Part shown: positions 17,761 through 26,865 of the stretch, piece after piece
How the letters are laid out: each line of letters begins with the position of its first letter
Numbering within the stretch: position 1 is the stretch's first letter
Virus record (IMG/VR): IMGVR_UViG_3300031576_000049
Coordinates: 1 to 57,453 of that record
Origin: a virus
Taxonomy: Duplodnaviria > Caudoviricetes
Reading direction: 5' to 3' (one strand)
Length of the DNA stretch: 57,453 nucleotides
Position numbers and translations under genes: made by a program
The notes under the pieces: model-generated
The model's input: the letters and a program-made list of their open reading frames with translations, nothing else
The model's database searches: none
What the model was told of the DNA's origin: nothing

Positions 17761-18036
17761 ATGGCCCAGTGCAAATGGGCCGCCTTTGACCTGACGCGGG
17801 TCGGTATTTTCGACGGCCCTTGCACCCGACCCATCAACTGGATTACAATAACCGGCAAGGAGGCCGATGTGCCAGAAAGTCAAGCCCAGGTCCGACTGGC
17901 CCATGCCTCGCTCGCCGGGCGGGCCCGCAACGCTATGCCGACCAAGGTCGCCCGCGAGATTGTCTCCCGGATGCATGGTCGTCGGATGTCGAACCTGCCG
18001 CCGAAGAAGCGCCACCGGCGGTATTCAGAGGCATGA
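17761..18036 (+). CDS. Hypothetical protein
   Basis: 91-aa ORF inside the operon. Confidence 0.45.
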   Translation: MAQCKWAAFDLTRVGIFDGPCTRPINWITITGKEADVPESQAQVRLAHASLAGRARNAMPTKVAREIVSRMHGRRMSNLPPKKRHRRYSEA

Positions 18037-18422
18037 TGGACCCACAGAAACACGCCGACTTCATGGGTAAGGTCGCCAAGGCGCTTGACGACGCCGAAAT
18101 TGCCCATCTGCTCTCGATCCACGCGGCGACCGTCGAGAGCGTCGGCATCTTCGGCCTGGATATTCCGGTCATCGCCTGGGCGTGGCCAACGGTTGACAAC
18201 CTCGTTGATGCGCTCGCCGCCGCTGGCTTTGTCGCCGCCGCCACCGGTGGTGTCTCCGGTGAAGTCCCGCAGATATTCTCTAAAATGGACCTCGAATTGA
18301 CGCTTTATCCGCAGCGCAACGGCAAAACGCATGTCGGCATCCGGTTTCCGGCTACGCCTCAGCCACCGGCTCGGACTCGGACCCGCCTGCGATCGCCAGT
18401 TTTCGCCGGTGGTGAGGGTTGA
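18033..18422 (+). CDS. Hypothetical protein
   Basis: MMDPQKHADF...; ATGA overlap with the previous stop. Confidence 0.55.
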   Translation: MMDPQKHADFMGKVAKALDDAEIAHLLSIHAATVESVGIFGLDIPVIAWAWPTVDNLVDALAAAGFVAAATGGVSGEVPQIFSKMDLELTLYPQRNGKTHVGIRFPATPQPPARTRTRLRSPVFAGGEG

Positions 18423-18547
18423 CAGGAATGGCCGAGAAGGCCCGCGTCCGCGCCGCCGTCCACCGTCGGTACCCCAGCATCGGTCAGGAGTCTCCCGCAC
18501 GGCGTTCCGCGCCGCGGCAGCGGCGCTACGGCAAGGAGGACTGAAAG

Positions 18548-18868
18548 ATGGAATTCCCGGCGGCGCAAGGTGTGGCGGCGCTTGTTCTAGTGACAGCTAT
18601 CCAGGGCCTGAAGAAGTGGCGCCGCTTTCCGTGGCTCGCCGACAACGCTGGCTGGGCCGGGCGTGGAGCCGCCATGATCGGCGCCCTGCTCGCCGGCGCC
18701 GGCATTCACTTCGGCTGGGAGGCTAGCGCCGGCGTGTTCACGATCAGCGGCCTGACTGCCGGTAACCTTGGCAACGCCTTAGGCGATGCTTTCGAGATTT
18801 TTGTGTTCGGCGAGGCCATCTACAAGAATGCCGGCATGAATCGTGTCACCCCGCTGCCACCGCCATGA
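18548..18868 (+). CDS. Holin-like membrane protein
   Basis: Two to three hydrophobic segments, AGGAGG RBS, close to the endolysin. Confidence 0.55.
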   Translation: MEFPAAQGVAALVLVTAIQGLKKWRRFPWLADNAGWAGRGAAMIGALLAGAGIHFGWEASAGVFTISGLTAGNLGNALGDAFEIFVFGEAIYKNAGMNRVTPLPPP

Positions 18869-19395
18869 AAACCACCCGTCGCCGCCCGATTGCGCTTTTG
18901 GCAGCCTTTGCCGTCGCGTCCGCCGCTTTTGGGCAATTGCCCGATGCCATCCGCGAGGCCGATCAGGCCGGCTATTACGCCGCCTTCAAGGAGACGGTGT
19001 TGGCGGCCGGGGCCGAGGTCTTGACCATCCAGCAGCCAGTCGGCTCATCCAAAACAGCCTACCTCGATGCAGCTTACATATTTTCGACCGTCGCTGTCGT
19101 CGTCACCCTGGAAAAGAAAGGCACCGCCGCCACCACCACCACCCTCACGCCAGTCGCCCTGAACAATTGGGCTTCCGGGACCGAACCGACGCCGTCGGTC
19201 GCCGCCTTCTCCGCCTCTAACGTCGGTTCCGGCACGACCATCTCCAAGTACAGCCTGACCGCCAATACCTCGGTGACAGTGGATCTGACCGGTGTCGTCC
19301 TGGGGTCTCGCGGCGCCACCACCCGCAACCTCACCCTGCGCACCACCGCGGTGACCGGCACCGTTTATCTGTTGTTCAAATGGAGGGAGCGGTGA
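18865..19395 (+). CDS. Secreted beta-rich protein
   Basis: Signal peptide MKTTRRRPIALLAAFAVASAAFG; Thr/Val-rich strands. Confidence 0.65.
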   Translation: MKTTRRRPIALLAAFAVASAAFGQLPDAIREADQAGYYAAFKETVLAAGAEVLTIQQPVGSSKTAYLDAAYIFSTVAVVVTLEKKGTAATTTTLTPVALNNWASGTEPTPSVAAFSASNVGSGTTISKYSLTANTSVTVDLTGVVLGSRGATTRNLTLRTTAVTGTVYLLFKWRER

Positions 19396-19399
19396 TTCC

Positions 19400-19528
19400 G
19401 TGAATTTCACGACTGCCGCCGCCATCATCGCGCTGATCGCGGTGTGCGCGGCGTTGCTGGGAAGCATGTTAGTGGCGTTGACGCCTGCGGTGGATGCGAT
19501 CACCGCACTCTTCAATAACCTCCGGTGA
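19400..19528 (+). CDS. Small hydrophobic protein (42 aa)
   Basis: GTG start after GGAGGGAG; MNFTTAAAIIALIAVCAALLGSMLVALTPAVDAITALFNNLR; fills the gap before terL. Confidence 0.55.
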   Translation: MNFTTAAAIIALIAVCAALLGSMLVALTPAVDAITALFNNLR

Positions 19529-19531
19529 AGG

Positions 19532-21658
19532 ATGCCCGGCAGAACCCCGCACCAGCGCGCCCAGCGTCGGGCGGCTATTGAGCAGCGAGCTGCCCTCGCC
19601 GCCGCCGCCCCAAACCAGCCACGACCACCCGCCACCGCCCTCTCGCTCGCCGAAGTCGGCCTCGCCCGCACCGCCGGCGGTCGGCCCCTTTGGGTGCCTA
19701 TCCCCTGCACCGGCTGTTCGACGCACGAGGAAGTGTTTGCCGGTCTAGAGATCGGCCGCGGCTTCATCCTTCAGGATGGTCCCCGTGTCACCTGCTCCCA
19801 ATGCGGCGGCACCGGCCTTGGCCCCCAGGGTGAGGCGCTGCTGGCCCCGCAGTTTGAGATCTTCCTGGGCGGTGCCAAGGGTGGCGCGAAAACCGATTGC
19901 GGCATCGCCTTCCTGATTGCCGGGGACCGGAACGTGCTGAACTTGGCACTCAGCGGCGTGGCTGATCCTATCTCGATGTCTTACACGAACCATCCGCACT
20001 ACCGCGGCATGGTGTTGCGGAAGAATCAGCGCGATCTGGACGCTTGGATCGATCGCGCCCGCATGATTTACGAACCGTTGGGCGCTGAGTTCGTGCATGG
20101 CCCAGCGCACTTCCGGTTTCCGTCAGGCGCCAAGATCGTCACCGGGCACCTTGGCGATGCGGACGCTTACGAGAAATATTCCGGCGTTGAGACGCATCGC
20201 ATGGTCATTGAGGAGGCGACGCAGATTCCGTCGCTCGAACTCTACATGCGCGTCCGGTCGTGCTGCCGTTCGTCCTGGCCGGAGTTGAAACCGCAGATCC
20301 TTCTGACCGGCAACCCTGACGGGCCAGGCCTGGCCTGGGTCAAAGACCGCTTCGTGCAACCGACCGTCGCTGGTTCTCCGGTCCCGCCTAAGACGCCGGT
20401 CGAAGAGGAATATACCCACCCCTTCACCGGCGAGCGACACAAGATCAGCCGCGTCTTCATTCCGGCCGGTCTCAGCGACAATCCTTACCTGCTGCGGGAT
20501 GAGAGTTATGTAATGAATCTAATGTCGCTTGACGACCGCTTGCGCCGAGCCTACCTCGACGGCGACTGGTCGGTCATGGGCGGAACATATTTCGACGAGT
20601 TCCGCCGGACGCCTTTGGCTGGCGAGCCGCAGAACGCTCGGCACGTCGTCGCCACCGACTCCACCCCGCTTGCCCCCTGGTGGCCGCGCCTGGTTGGCGG
20701 CGACTGGGGCTATACCCACGAGTCGGCCTTCCTGTGGGCCGCCGGTTCGCCGGACGGCGCCATCGATGTTTATCGCGAGAAGGTCTTCAGCCGGGTTTCC
20801 GCCGTTGAGGTTGGCGTCGAGATTGCTCTTGCCACCAGAGACGAGTTGAACGCCCTGCCAGGCCGCGCCGTCATCTTATACTTGTCGCACGACGCCTTCG
20901 GGCCGCGCACCGACGAGCGCTGGATCGCTGAACTGATTGGCCAGGGTATCGGCCAAGTGCTGGGGCCGGACGCCGTCTATCTGCCGGACTTGAAGGTTCG
21001 GCAATTACGGCTTGCCGTGGAGGCTGACCCTGCGGCTATGCGCATCGAGGAGTTTGACGCCGCCTCCCAATCGGTTTACGCCCACCGTCGGGCCGGCATT
21101 ACCATCCGCCGAGCGCCTGCCGCCCGCATTACCGGCTGGCAATATTGTCGGGAAGCCCTGCGGTGGCGATCTTCGACGCCGCCGCCCGGCGAAATCGACT
21201 GGGAATTGGCGTTGCAGGTCTTCCGGCGCGGCGGTCTGAAGCCATATGAAGAGTATCTGCGATCCTTTGAGGCCGCCCGCCGAGTCGAAGTCCTGCCGCG
21301 CCTGCGCATCCGGGACTGTTGCCCCCGGCTGATCGACGCCATCCCCCGGGCGGTGCGCGATCCTGAGAACATCGAGGACGTGTGGAAGAAGCACTTCACC
21401 GGCATGGACTTGCTTGACGCCTGGCGATACCTGATGATGGGATGGAGGGCGGAGTCGGCCATTGTCCGGGATGAGGCGGCGGTCCGGGCCGAGCAACTTG
21501 CCGCCCTTGCCGACGTGGCGGAACGGATTCAGGCGGACCGTTTCCTGGCGGCTAAGGCGGCCGAAAATCGGCCCCGGCCGATCTCGATTCCACGCGCCGC
21601 CCGGGTGTTGCGGTCAGCCACAAGATTGGCCGGGTCGGCCGGCCGGTGGCTGATGTAG
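19532..21658 (+). CDS. terL: Terminase large subunit
   Basis: Walker A GGAKGGAKT, Walker B MVIEEATQ, LTGNP, DNPYL, AYLDGDW, nuclease GGDWG and DLLDAWRY. Confidence 0.95.
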   Translation: MPGRTPHQRAQRRAAIEQRAALAAAAPNQPRPPATALSLAEVGLARTAGGRPLWVPIPCTGCSTHEEVFAGLEIGRGFILQDGPRVTCSQCGGTGLGPQGEALLAPQFEIFLGGAKGGAKTDCGIAFLIAGDRNVLNLALSGVADPISMSYTNHPHYRGMVLRKNQRDLDAWIDRARMIYEPLGAEFVHGPAHFRFPSGAKIVTGHLGDADAYEKYSGVETHRMVIEEATQIPSLELYMRVRSCCRSSWPELKPQILLTGNPDGPGLAWVKDRFVQPTVAGSPVPPKTPVEEEYTHPFTGERHKISRVFIPAGLSDNPYLLRDESYVMNLMSLDDRLRRAYLDGDWSVMGGTYFDEFRRTPLAGEPQNARHVVATDSTPLAPWWPRLVGGDWGYTHESAFLWAAGSPDGAIDVYREKVFSRVSAVEVGVEIALATRDELNALPGRAVILYLSHDAFGPRTDERWIAELIGQGIGQVLGPDAVYLPDLKVRQLRLAVEADPAAMRIEEFDAASQSVYAHRRAGITIRRAPAARITGWQYCREALRWRSSTPPPGEIDWELALQVFRRGGLKPYEEYLRSFEAARRVEVLPRLRIRDCCPRLIDAIPRAVRDPENIEDVWKKHFTGMDLLDAWRYLMMGWRAESAIVRDEAAVRAEQLAALADVAERIQADRFLAAKAAENRPRPISIPRAARVLRSATRLAGSAGRWLM

Positions 21659-21677
21659 GTATAATCGGAGGGTTGAG

Positions 21678-22001
21678 ATGGCCGATACTAGTTATTATCT
21701 GTCGAGCGGCCCCCTTGGTTTAGGCCCTCCACCAGTTCGTCGGCCATTGTCGCCGCCGTTCGTGCCGTCACCAGCGCTTGTGCCGTCCGTGCCGTCGGTT
21801 GCGCCAACGGACAGTGGCCCGGCGCTCCTTGAAAAATTCGATCCCATGACAGCCGGTTTCCACGGGCCCGCCGAGCGCTGCGCGAACTGCGTTTACTTCG
21901 ACTCCGCCGCCATCGAGTGCCGGATTGTCGATGTGATCTATGACGACCCGGAGCGGTCGTACTGCCGGCTATGGACCGAGTTGCAGGCGGCAGGGCTATG
22001 A
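21678..22001 (+). CDS. HiPIP-like four-cysteine protein
   Basis: CANCVYF...CRIV...YCRLW; TATAAT and GGAGG upstream. Confidence 0.55.
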   Translation: MADTSYYLSSGPLGLGPPPVRRPLSPPFVPSPALVPSVPSVAPTDSGPALLEKFDPMTAGFHGPAERCANCVYFDSAAIECRIVDVIYDDPERSYCRLWTELQAAGL

Positions 22002-22234
22002 AAAGGGCAGTAGGCTCCTACATGCTTGTCGAGGAGCGTGCGAACTTCTGGACGGTCTGCGCGGCGCATGGCGGCGCGTTGCTTGGTACGATCGTGTTTT
22101 ATAGGCCATGGAGGCGGTGGATCTTCCAGCCCGAGGAGGGAGCGGAATTCTCGGCTGATTGCTTGGCCTTGCTCAGCTCCTTTCTGGCTGAGCGTGATGC
22201 GCAAGGAAAGAGTACCGATGCGGCGGTTGGTTGA
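21998..22234 (+). CDS. Hypothetical protein
   Basis: LLGTIVFYRPWRRWIFQP...FSADCL; ATGA overlap. Confidence 0.6.
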   Translation: MKRAVGSYMLVEERANFWTVCAAHGGALLGTIVFYRPWRRWIFQPEEGAEFSADCLALLSSFLAERDAQGKSTDAAVG

Positions 22235-22658
22235 ATTCCTACGCGGCTTGTGGTTCGGCTTCCTCTACCGAACGACGGGGCGGGAGGATCGTTATTGTCG
22301 GCAGATTCGGCAATTGTCGGAAGCGGCGGCGCAGTCCGCTGACGCCGCCCGAAAATGGCGGGACCGCGCTGAAAACGCGGAGGCCGACGCGGTCGAAGCG
22401 GAGCGCGCCGCGCGAGTCTCCGCCGAAAAGATCGCCGACTGGCTGGCCCTGCGACAGGCCGGTCGCCAAGTGTTTGGCGTGGCACCGCCGGTCCTGCCAG
22501 AAGGTCCCGAGCCGGAGAATGTCGTCTCCCGTGTGCAGGCCAGGAAACTGGTCAATCGCGCCAACCGGGAGTTCTTTGAGGCTGAATACGGTCGCCTGCG
22601 CTCTTCGCCTCAACCAGACAAGACCGACGACAGCCCCGCCATCGAGGTTGGCGGGTAA
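22218..22658 (+). CDS. Hypothetical coiled-coil protein
   Basis: MRRLVEFLRG...; inside the operon. Confidence 0.6.
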   Translation: MRRLVEFLRGLWFGFLYRTTGREDRYCRQIRQLSEAAAQSADAARKWRDRAENAEADAVEAERAARVSAEKIADWLALRQAGRQVFGVAPPVLPEGPEPENVVSRVQARKLVNRANREFFEAEYGRLRSSPQPDKTDDSPAIEVGG

Positions 22659-22666
22659 GCTTGCTT

Positions 22667-24355
22667 ATGACGACTTCAGCCCCCCTGGTTGATGCGGAGT
22701 TTGGCCCGGCGGCCGAGACGAAGCACGCCGTCCGGCGGCTGATCCAAGATCACGTGCAGAAGGAGATCGACCGCGAGAAAGTTTACCAGTACGCCGAGGC
22801 CCGGCGCAACGAGCTCTACTACCGCGGCAAACAACACTTGGCGCTGTTCACGACCGAGGGCGGCCTGGCCGACTATCGGCCAGTGACGGCTGGCGGCCTC
22901 TCCGTCAGCTTCCATTCCGGCTCCCAGGTTTATGATTACGTGCTGAACCAGTTTCGCGGCGACATCCGCAAATTCGTCGCCGTGCTGGGCCAGCGCTCGC
23001 CGAACGTCAAGGGCCAGCCCGTTGTCCAGGGCGACGAACAACACGTCCGGCTGGCGCGCATCGCCGATCGCGCCGCGTCTTTCTTGCGGTCGGTCTGGTC
23101 CGTTGATCGGGCGCAACGGCATCTGGCGCTGGCACTCGCCAAAAACGGCACCACGTTTCTCTACACGCCCTGGGTCGCCGACGCCTTCAAATACGGTTCC
23201 ACCAGCGAGCCAGTCTACGCTGAGTCATTGCGCCCGGCGGGCGAGCCCTACTTCGAGTGTCCCTTTTGCGGCGGGGAGACCTCAACCGGGGCCGCCGAGG
23301 GCGGCTGCGCCCAGTGCGGCCAACCATTAAACCCGGCGAACTATCGCGAGCCTGAGTCCTTGCCCTACCTTGAGACGATCGGCCAAAACAACTACGCCAA
23401 CGGCTGTTGCGAACTGCACGTCGCCACCATCTTCACCGTGACCACGCCGTTTTACATTCGGTCGCTCGACGAGGCGCCTTGGCTGTGGTACGAATACGAA
23501 GAGCACAAAGGCCGGTTGCTGCGAACCTATGAAGAATTGCGGCGATTTCGGTCTGAGGTTGGTGCCTTCGATGTGGGCTATTCGGCGGGCTACGGCCGGC
23601 GGGCGCGGGAGACGGCGGAGTCCGCATCGGGGATCGTCACTGGCGAGCGCCGCGATCGTTGGCTCTATTCGCGCTTCTGGCTGCATCCCGACATGTACGA
23701 GTTGATTGAAGGCGATGAGTCTGGCCGACTGCGCGAAGGCGTCGCCGAAACCTATCCCGAGGGCCTGAAAGTCACGATGGTGAATGGTCGGGTTGTGCGC
23801 CTGGAAGAGGAGCGCCTGACCGAGGTGTGGGCCGCCGTCAAGCCGGAGGCATCCGAATATCTGTACGCCGACCCGATTTTCAACGACTACATCCAGATCC
23901 AGGACGCCGTGAATGACGCTTGGAACATCATCATCGAGTTGATGGAGCGCGGCATCCCGCTGACCGTGTTCGACCCGGCCGTCCTCGACCCCGAACGCAT
24001 CAAGGAGTGGGCCAACCTGCCGGGTGAGTTTGTCCCTGCTAAGCTGGGCGCGGGCGGCGATCTATCGCGGGCTTTCTTCCGGGCGCCGTCCTCGTCGCCG
24101 CCGCCGGAGTTTTACAACATCATCGAGATCATGATCGAGAAGGCTCGGGAGATCACCGGCGTGCAGCGGCCCATTTTCGGTGCTCAGGGCCGGACCAAAA
24201 CGGCGCGGGAAGCGGAACTGTTGCGGAACCAGGCGCTGATGCAACTTAATACGACTTGGAACGAGATGCGCGATGGCTGGGCCAGGGCGTATGAAAATGG
24301 CGCTCGCCAACTCGCGAAGTACGCCATCGCCGGGCGACTCTACCATCCACGATGA
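22667..24355 (+). CDS. Portal protein, N-terminal part
   Basis: Position after terL; ELYYRGKQ, YIQIQDAVND, EITGVQRPIFG...TAREAELLRNQA; CPFC...CAQC insert. Confidence 0.75.
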   Translation: MTTSAPLVDAEFGPAAETKHAVRRLIQDHVQKEIDREKVYQYAEARRNELYYRGKQHLALFTTEGGLADYRPVTAGGLSVSFHSGSQVYDYVLNQFRGDIRKFVAVLGQRSPNVKGQPVVQGDEQHVRLARIADRAASFLRSVWSVDRAQRHLALALAKNGTTFLYTPWVADAFKYGSTSEPVYAESLRPAGEPYFECPFCGGETSTGAAEGGCAQCGQPLNPANYREPESLPYLETIGQNNYANGCCELHVATIFTVTTPFYIRSLDEAPWLWYEYEEHKGRLLRTYEELRRFRSEVGAFDVGYSAGYGRRARETAESASGIVTGERRDRWLYSRFWLHPDMYELIEGDESGRLREGVAETYPEGLKVTMVNGRVVRLEEERLTEVWAAVKPEASEYLYADPIFNDYIQIQDAVNDAWNIIIELMERGIPLTVFDPAVLDPERIKEWANLPGEFVPAKLGAGGDLSRAFFRAPSSSPPPEFYNIIEIMIEKAREITGVQRPIFGAQGRTKTAREAELLRNQALMQLNTTWNEMRDGWARAYENGARQLAKYAIAGRLYHPR

Positions 24356-25028
24356 TTCCAACATGGCGCGCGTCTGCGAGATAACGATTCTGGGCCTGGA
24401 AGAGTTGGCTGAGGGCGGCTGGCGGTTTGACGCCGAAGAGTCCATGCCCATGACAGCTGGCCAGCGCCGCGACTGGTTCATGAATATGTTGCAGTCACCG
24501 CCGCAGGTCGCTCAGACCGTCGGCCTGGGCCACCCGGCGAACCTCGCCAAATTCCAGGAAGTGATGGCCACGCCGGATTGGGTGGTGCCGAACTTGGCCG
24601 CCCGAGACCGCCTGTTCGATATCATCCGGCAACTGCTCACCGCTCAGCCAACTGTCGGGCCTGACGGTCGGCCGGTTCCAACGATTCGGGCGAACCCGTT
24701 TCTGTTCAATCCGGGCTTGGCCGTCGAACTTCTCCGGGAATGGCTGCTGTCGGATGCTGGCCGCCAAGCGGAAGAGGAAACCCCTGACGGCTTCGCCAAT
24801 GTTTTGGCCTACGCCATGGAATACTTTAGCTTCCTCCAACAGCCGCCGCCGTCCGCCGGGGCGGGACTGCCGCCGCCCGGTCGGAGGCCCGGCGGACCAC
24901 CGAATAGACCGTCTGGTGGTGAGCTAGGCGTGGCTGCGCCGCCGCCGGAGCCGGGCCTAGAAGGCGCGCCGCCAGGAGCGGAGGGACTGCCGCCGGAATC
25001 CGCCTTGGCTCCGCCGCCGGGCGTGTGA
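24348..25028 (+). CDS. Portal protein, C-terminal part (+1 frame)
   Basis: Portal-like continuation (FDAEESMPMTAGQRR) with a Pro-rich tail; possible ATG at 24363 without a clear RBS. Confidence 0.6.
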   Translation, partial: HDDSNMARVCEITILGLEELAEGGWRFDAEESMPMTAGQRRDWFMNMLQSPPQVAQTVGLGHPANLAKFQEVMATPDWVVPNLAARDRLFDIIRQLLTAQPTVGPDGRPVPTIRANPFLFNPGLAVELLREWLLSDAGRQAEEETPDGFANVLAYAMEYFSFLQQPPPSAGAGLPPPGRRPGGPPNRPSGGELGVAAPPPEPGLEGAPPGAEGLPPESALAPPPGV

Positions 25029-25252
25029 AATGACTTCTTCCATGACCGTTCACACCGAACTTCGGAGGCAGTTGGCTACGACGTTGGACCGGCTCTCCAT
25101 TGGTGTCTCCACCCAGGATGAGCTGCAAAGCTGGCTGCTTTCCTATTTACAGAAAATCTTAGATTCACACGATGAGATCCTGATCGACGTAGCCAACGAG
25201 TTGGATGCTGATCTTTTACAGCCGTCCACTGAAATACACCACTACCCACCCC

Positions 25253-25282
25253 TTGACACAACCCGTTGTGTGGCTGTAGAAT
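25253..25282 (+). promoter_or_regulatory. Promoter for scaffold and capsid genes with a palindromic operator
   Basis: TTGACA-N18-TAGAAT; inverted repeat ACACAAC-CC-GTTGTGT overlaps the -35 and spacer; ATG lies 7 nt after the -10. Confidence 0.65.
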
Positions 25283-25289
25283 GCGGCCA

Positions 25290-26690
25290 ATGGCTACACA
25301 ACCGGTGCCCTCCGCCAAAGAGCGGGTTTTGAGCCTGCTGAATCTGCCGGAACCTGTCGCTGAGTCGCCGGGAACCCCCGGTCCGGCGCTTAGCGGCTTG
25401 GCCGAACCGCCCGACGTTCCACGTGGAACGCCAGAACCGACGGTGGCAGAACCTCCCCCAGTTGTGATTTTGCCGGCGGCGGAAATCGATGAAGAGTTCC
25501 GCTTTCAGGACGAGCCTGTCGGCGAGCCGCTGCCCGAGTCCCAACCGTTGCCCGACGCGAAAGAGGAATTGTTGGAAGGCTTGACGGGCGATGCGCGAAC
25601 GAAGGTGGAAAACCAGATTAGCGCCCTGCTTTCGATGCCCCGCGGTCGCCGGATGTATGAACACTTCCAGGTCATGCGCCAGCTGGAAGCGCCTGCCGAA
25701 CAAGGCGGCTTCGGTTTCAGGCCTACTGTCGAGCAGATCCGAGAATGGCGTAGTGCCCACACCGATCTGGGGTCCATGGAGTTCGAGTTCGAGAGCGGCG
25801 ACCCTGACAGGCATGGCCGGTTTGGTCGGTTCTGGCTGACCGACGGTGAGGGCCGCGTCCGGCCCGGTGCGCCCGAATTCGCCGCGCGTCTTCCGTACCT
25901 GCTTTATTCAACCGACCCGGCTCTGTATTCCCGCGCTGCTGGGCCTGTCATCCACAATCTGCTGCATGGGCCGAGCGGCCTCTACGCGCGGGCCAAGTCC
26001 GCTGCCAGCGATGAGGACCGGAACCGGATCATGGCCCACGCGCAGTTTGTTGACGACTACGTCTTTGGCAGGGGCGTCTCCTCAGTGGAGCCGCCTGGCG
26101 GCGTTGGCGACGCTTTGAAGGCCGAGCGGGCGGAGATCGGCCGTGAGAAACGACGGATCGCCGACGAACGGGTCGCCCTCCACAGCGCCCGCGTCAACGG
26201 CTTCATGTCGAACGCCTTGGCCGAGGTTGGCGATCATCTGACAGCAGACGTAGCCGCCGCCCTTGACGGTCTGAAAGGCGTACAGACGGATCGAACCCTC
26301 GCCGCCCTCCAGCGGGATTTCGCCGACGAGATGCGCGCTTCGATCGCTCGCGATCCTGAGACTGTCCGCGAGTTGAATATGGCCGAAGAGCGGGCGGCCC
26401 GGTCCCTGCGACCGGAGGACGCAGCCGCCATGGTTCGCGCCTACCGGAATCATTTTCGGCGGGCGATTGAGGCCGGACGAACGAAATTTTTGACCGATGT
26501 CGGCGCTAGCGTAAAGCGCCGGTCTGAAGACCGTCACCGCCAGTTAGCTGCGGCGGCGGCCCGAACCGAGGTGACTGCCTCTGGCGTGCCTGTAGCCCAG
26601 ACCGTCTCGACGATTCCCGGGCGGCTCCAGGGCGAGACCCGCGAGGCGCACATGAAACGGACGGTTCATGGCATGTTGTCAACGCCGTGA
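25290..26690 (+). CDS. Probable capsid scaffold protein
   Basis: Pro/Glu-rich N-terminus, helical coiled-coil body, directly before the major capsid gene. Confidence 0.65.
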   Translation: MATQPVPSAKERVLSLLNLPEPVAESPGTPGPALSGLAEPPDVPRGTPEPTVAEPPPVVILPAAEIDEEFRFQDEPVGEPLPESQPLPDAKEELLEGLTGDARTKVENQISALLSMPRGRRMYEHFQVMRQLEAPAEQGGFGFRPTVEQIREWRSAHTDLGSMEFEFESGDPDRHGRFGRFWLTDGEGRVRPGAPEFAARLPYLLYSTDPALYSRAAGPVIHNLLHGPSGLYARAKSAASDEDRNRIMAHAQFVDDYVFGRGVSSVEPPGGVGDALKAERAEIGREKRRIADERVALHSARVNGFMSNALAEVGDHLTADVAAALDGLKGVQTDRTLAALQRDFADEMRASIARDPETVRELNMAEERAARSLRPEDAAAMVRAYRNHFRRAIEAGRTKFLTDVGASVKRRSEDRHRQLAAAAARTEVTASGVPVAQTVSTIPGRLQGETREAHMKRTVHGMLSTP

Positions 26691-26865
26691 CCGTCCATCA
26701 TCGAAAGGCCTGGCCCCAGGTAGTAGGGGCGGGCGGAAAGCGGATCGACCCAGCGTAGGGTCCTCCTGAACCGGGTTTGCCGGATTCCGGCAGGCCTTCT
26801 GTTCGTACCGGCCTGTTTTGTAGGCCGTTCGGTCGCCGTAAAAGCGGCGGTTCTGGGAGGAACCT

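Noticed and set aside
24353-24355. TGA read-through or stop-codon recoding in the portal
   Set aside because: Read-through hits another TGA after about 18 codons, the continuation is in a different frame, and other genes end normally at TGA.
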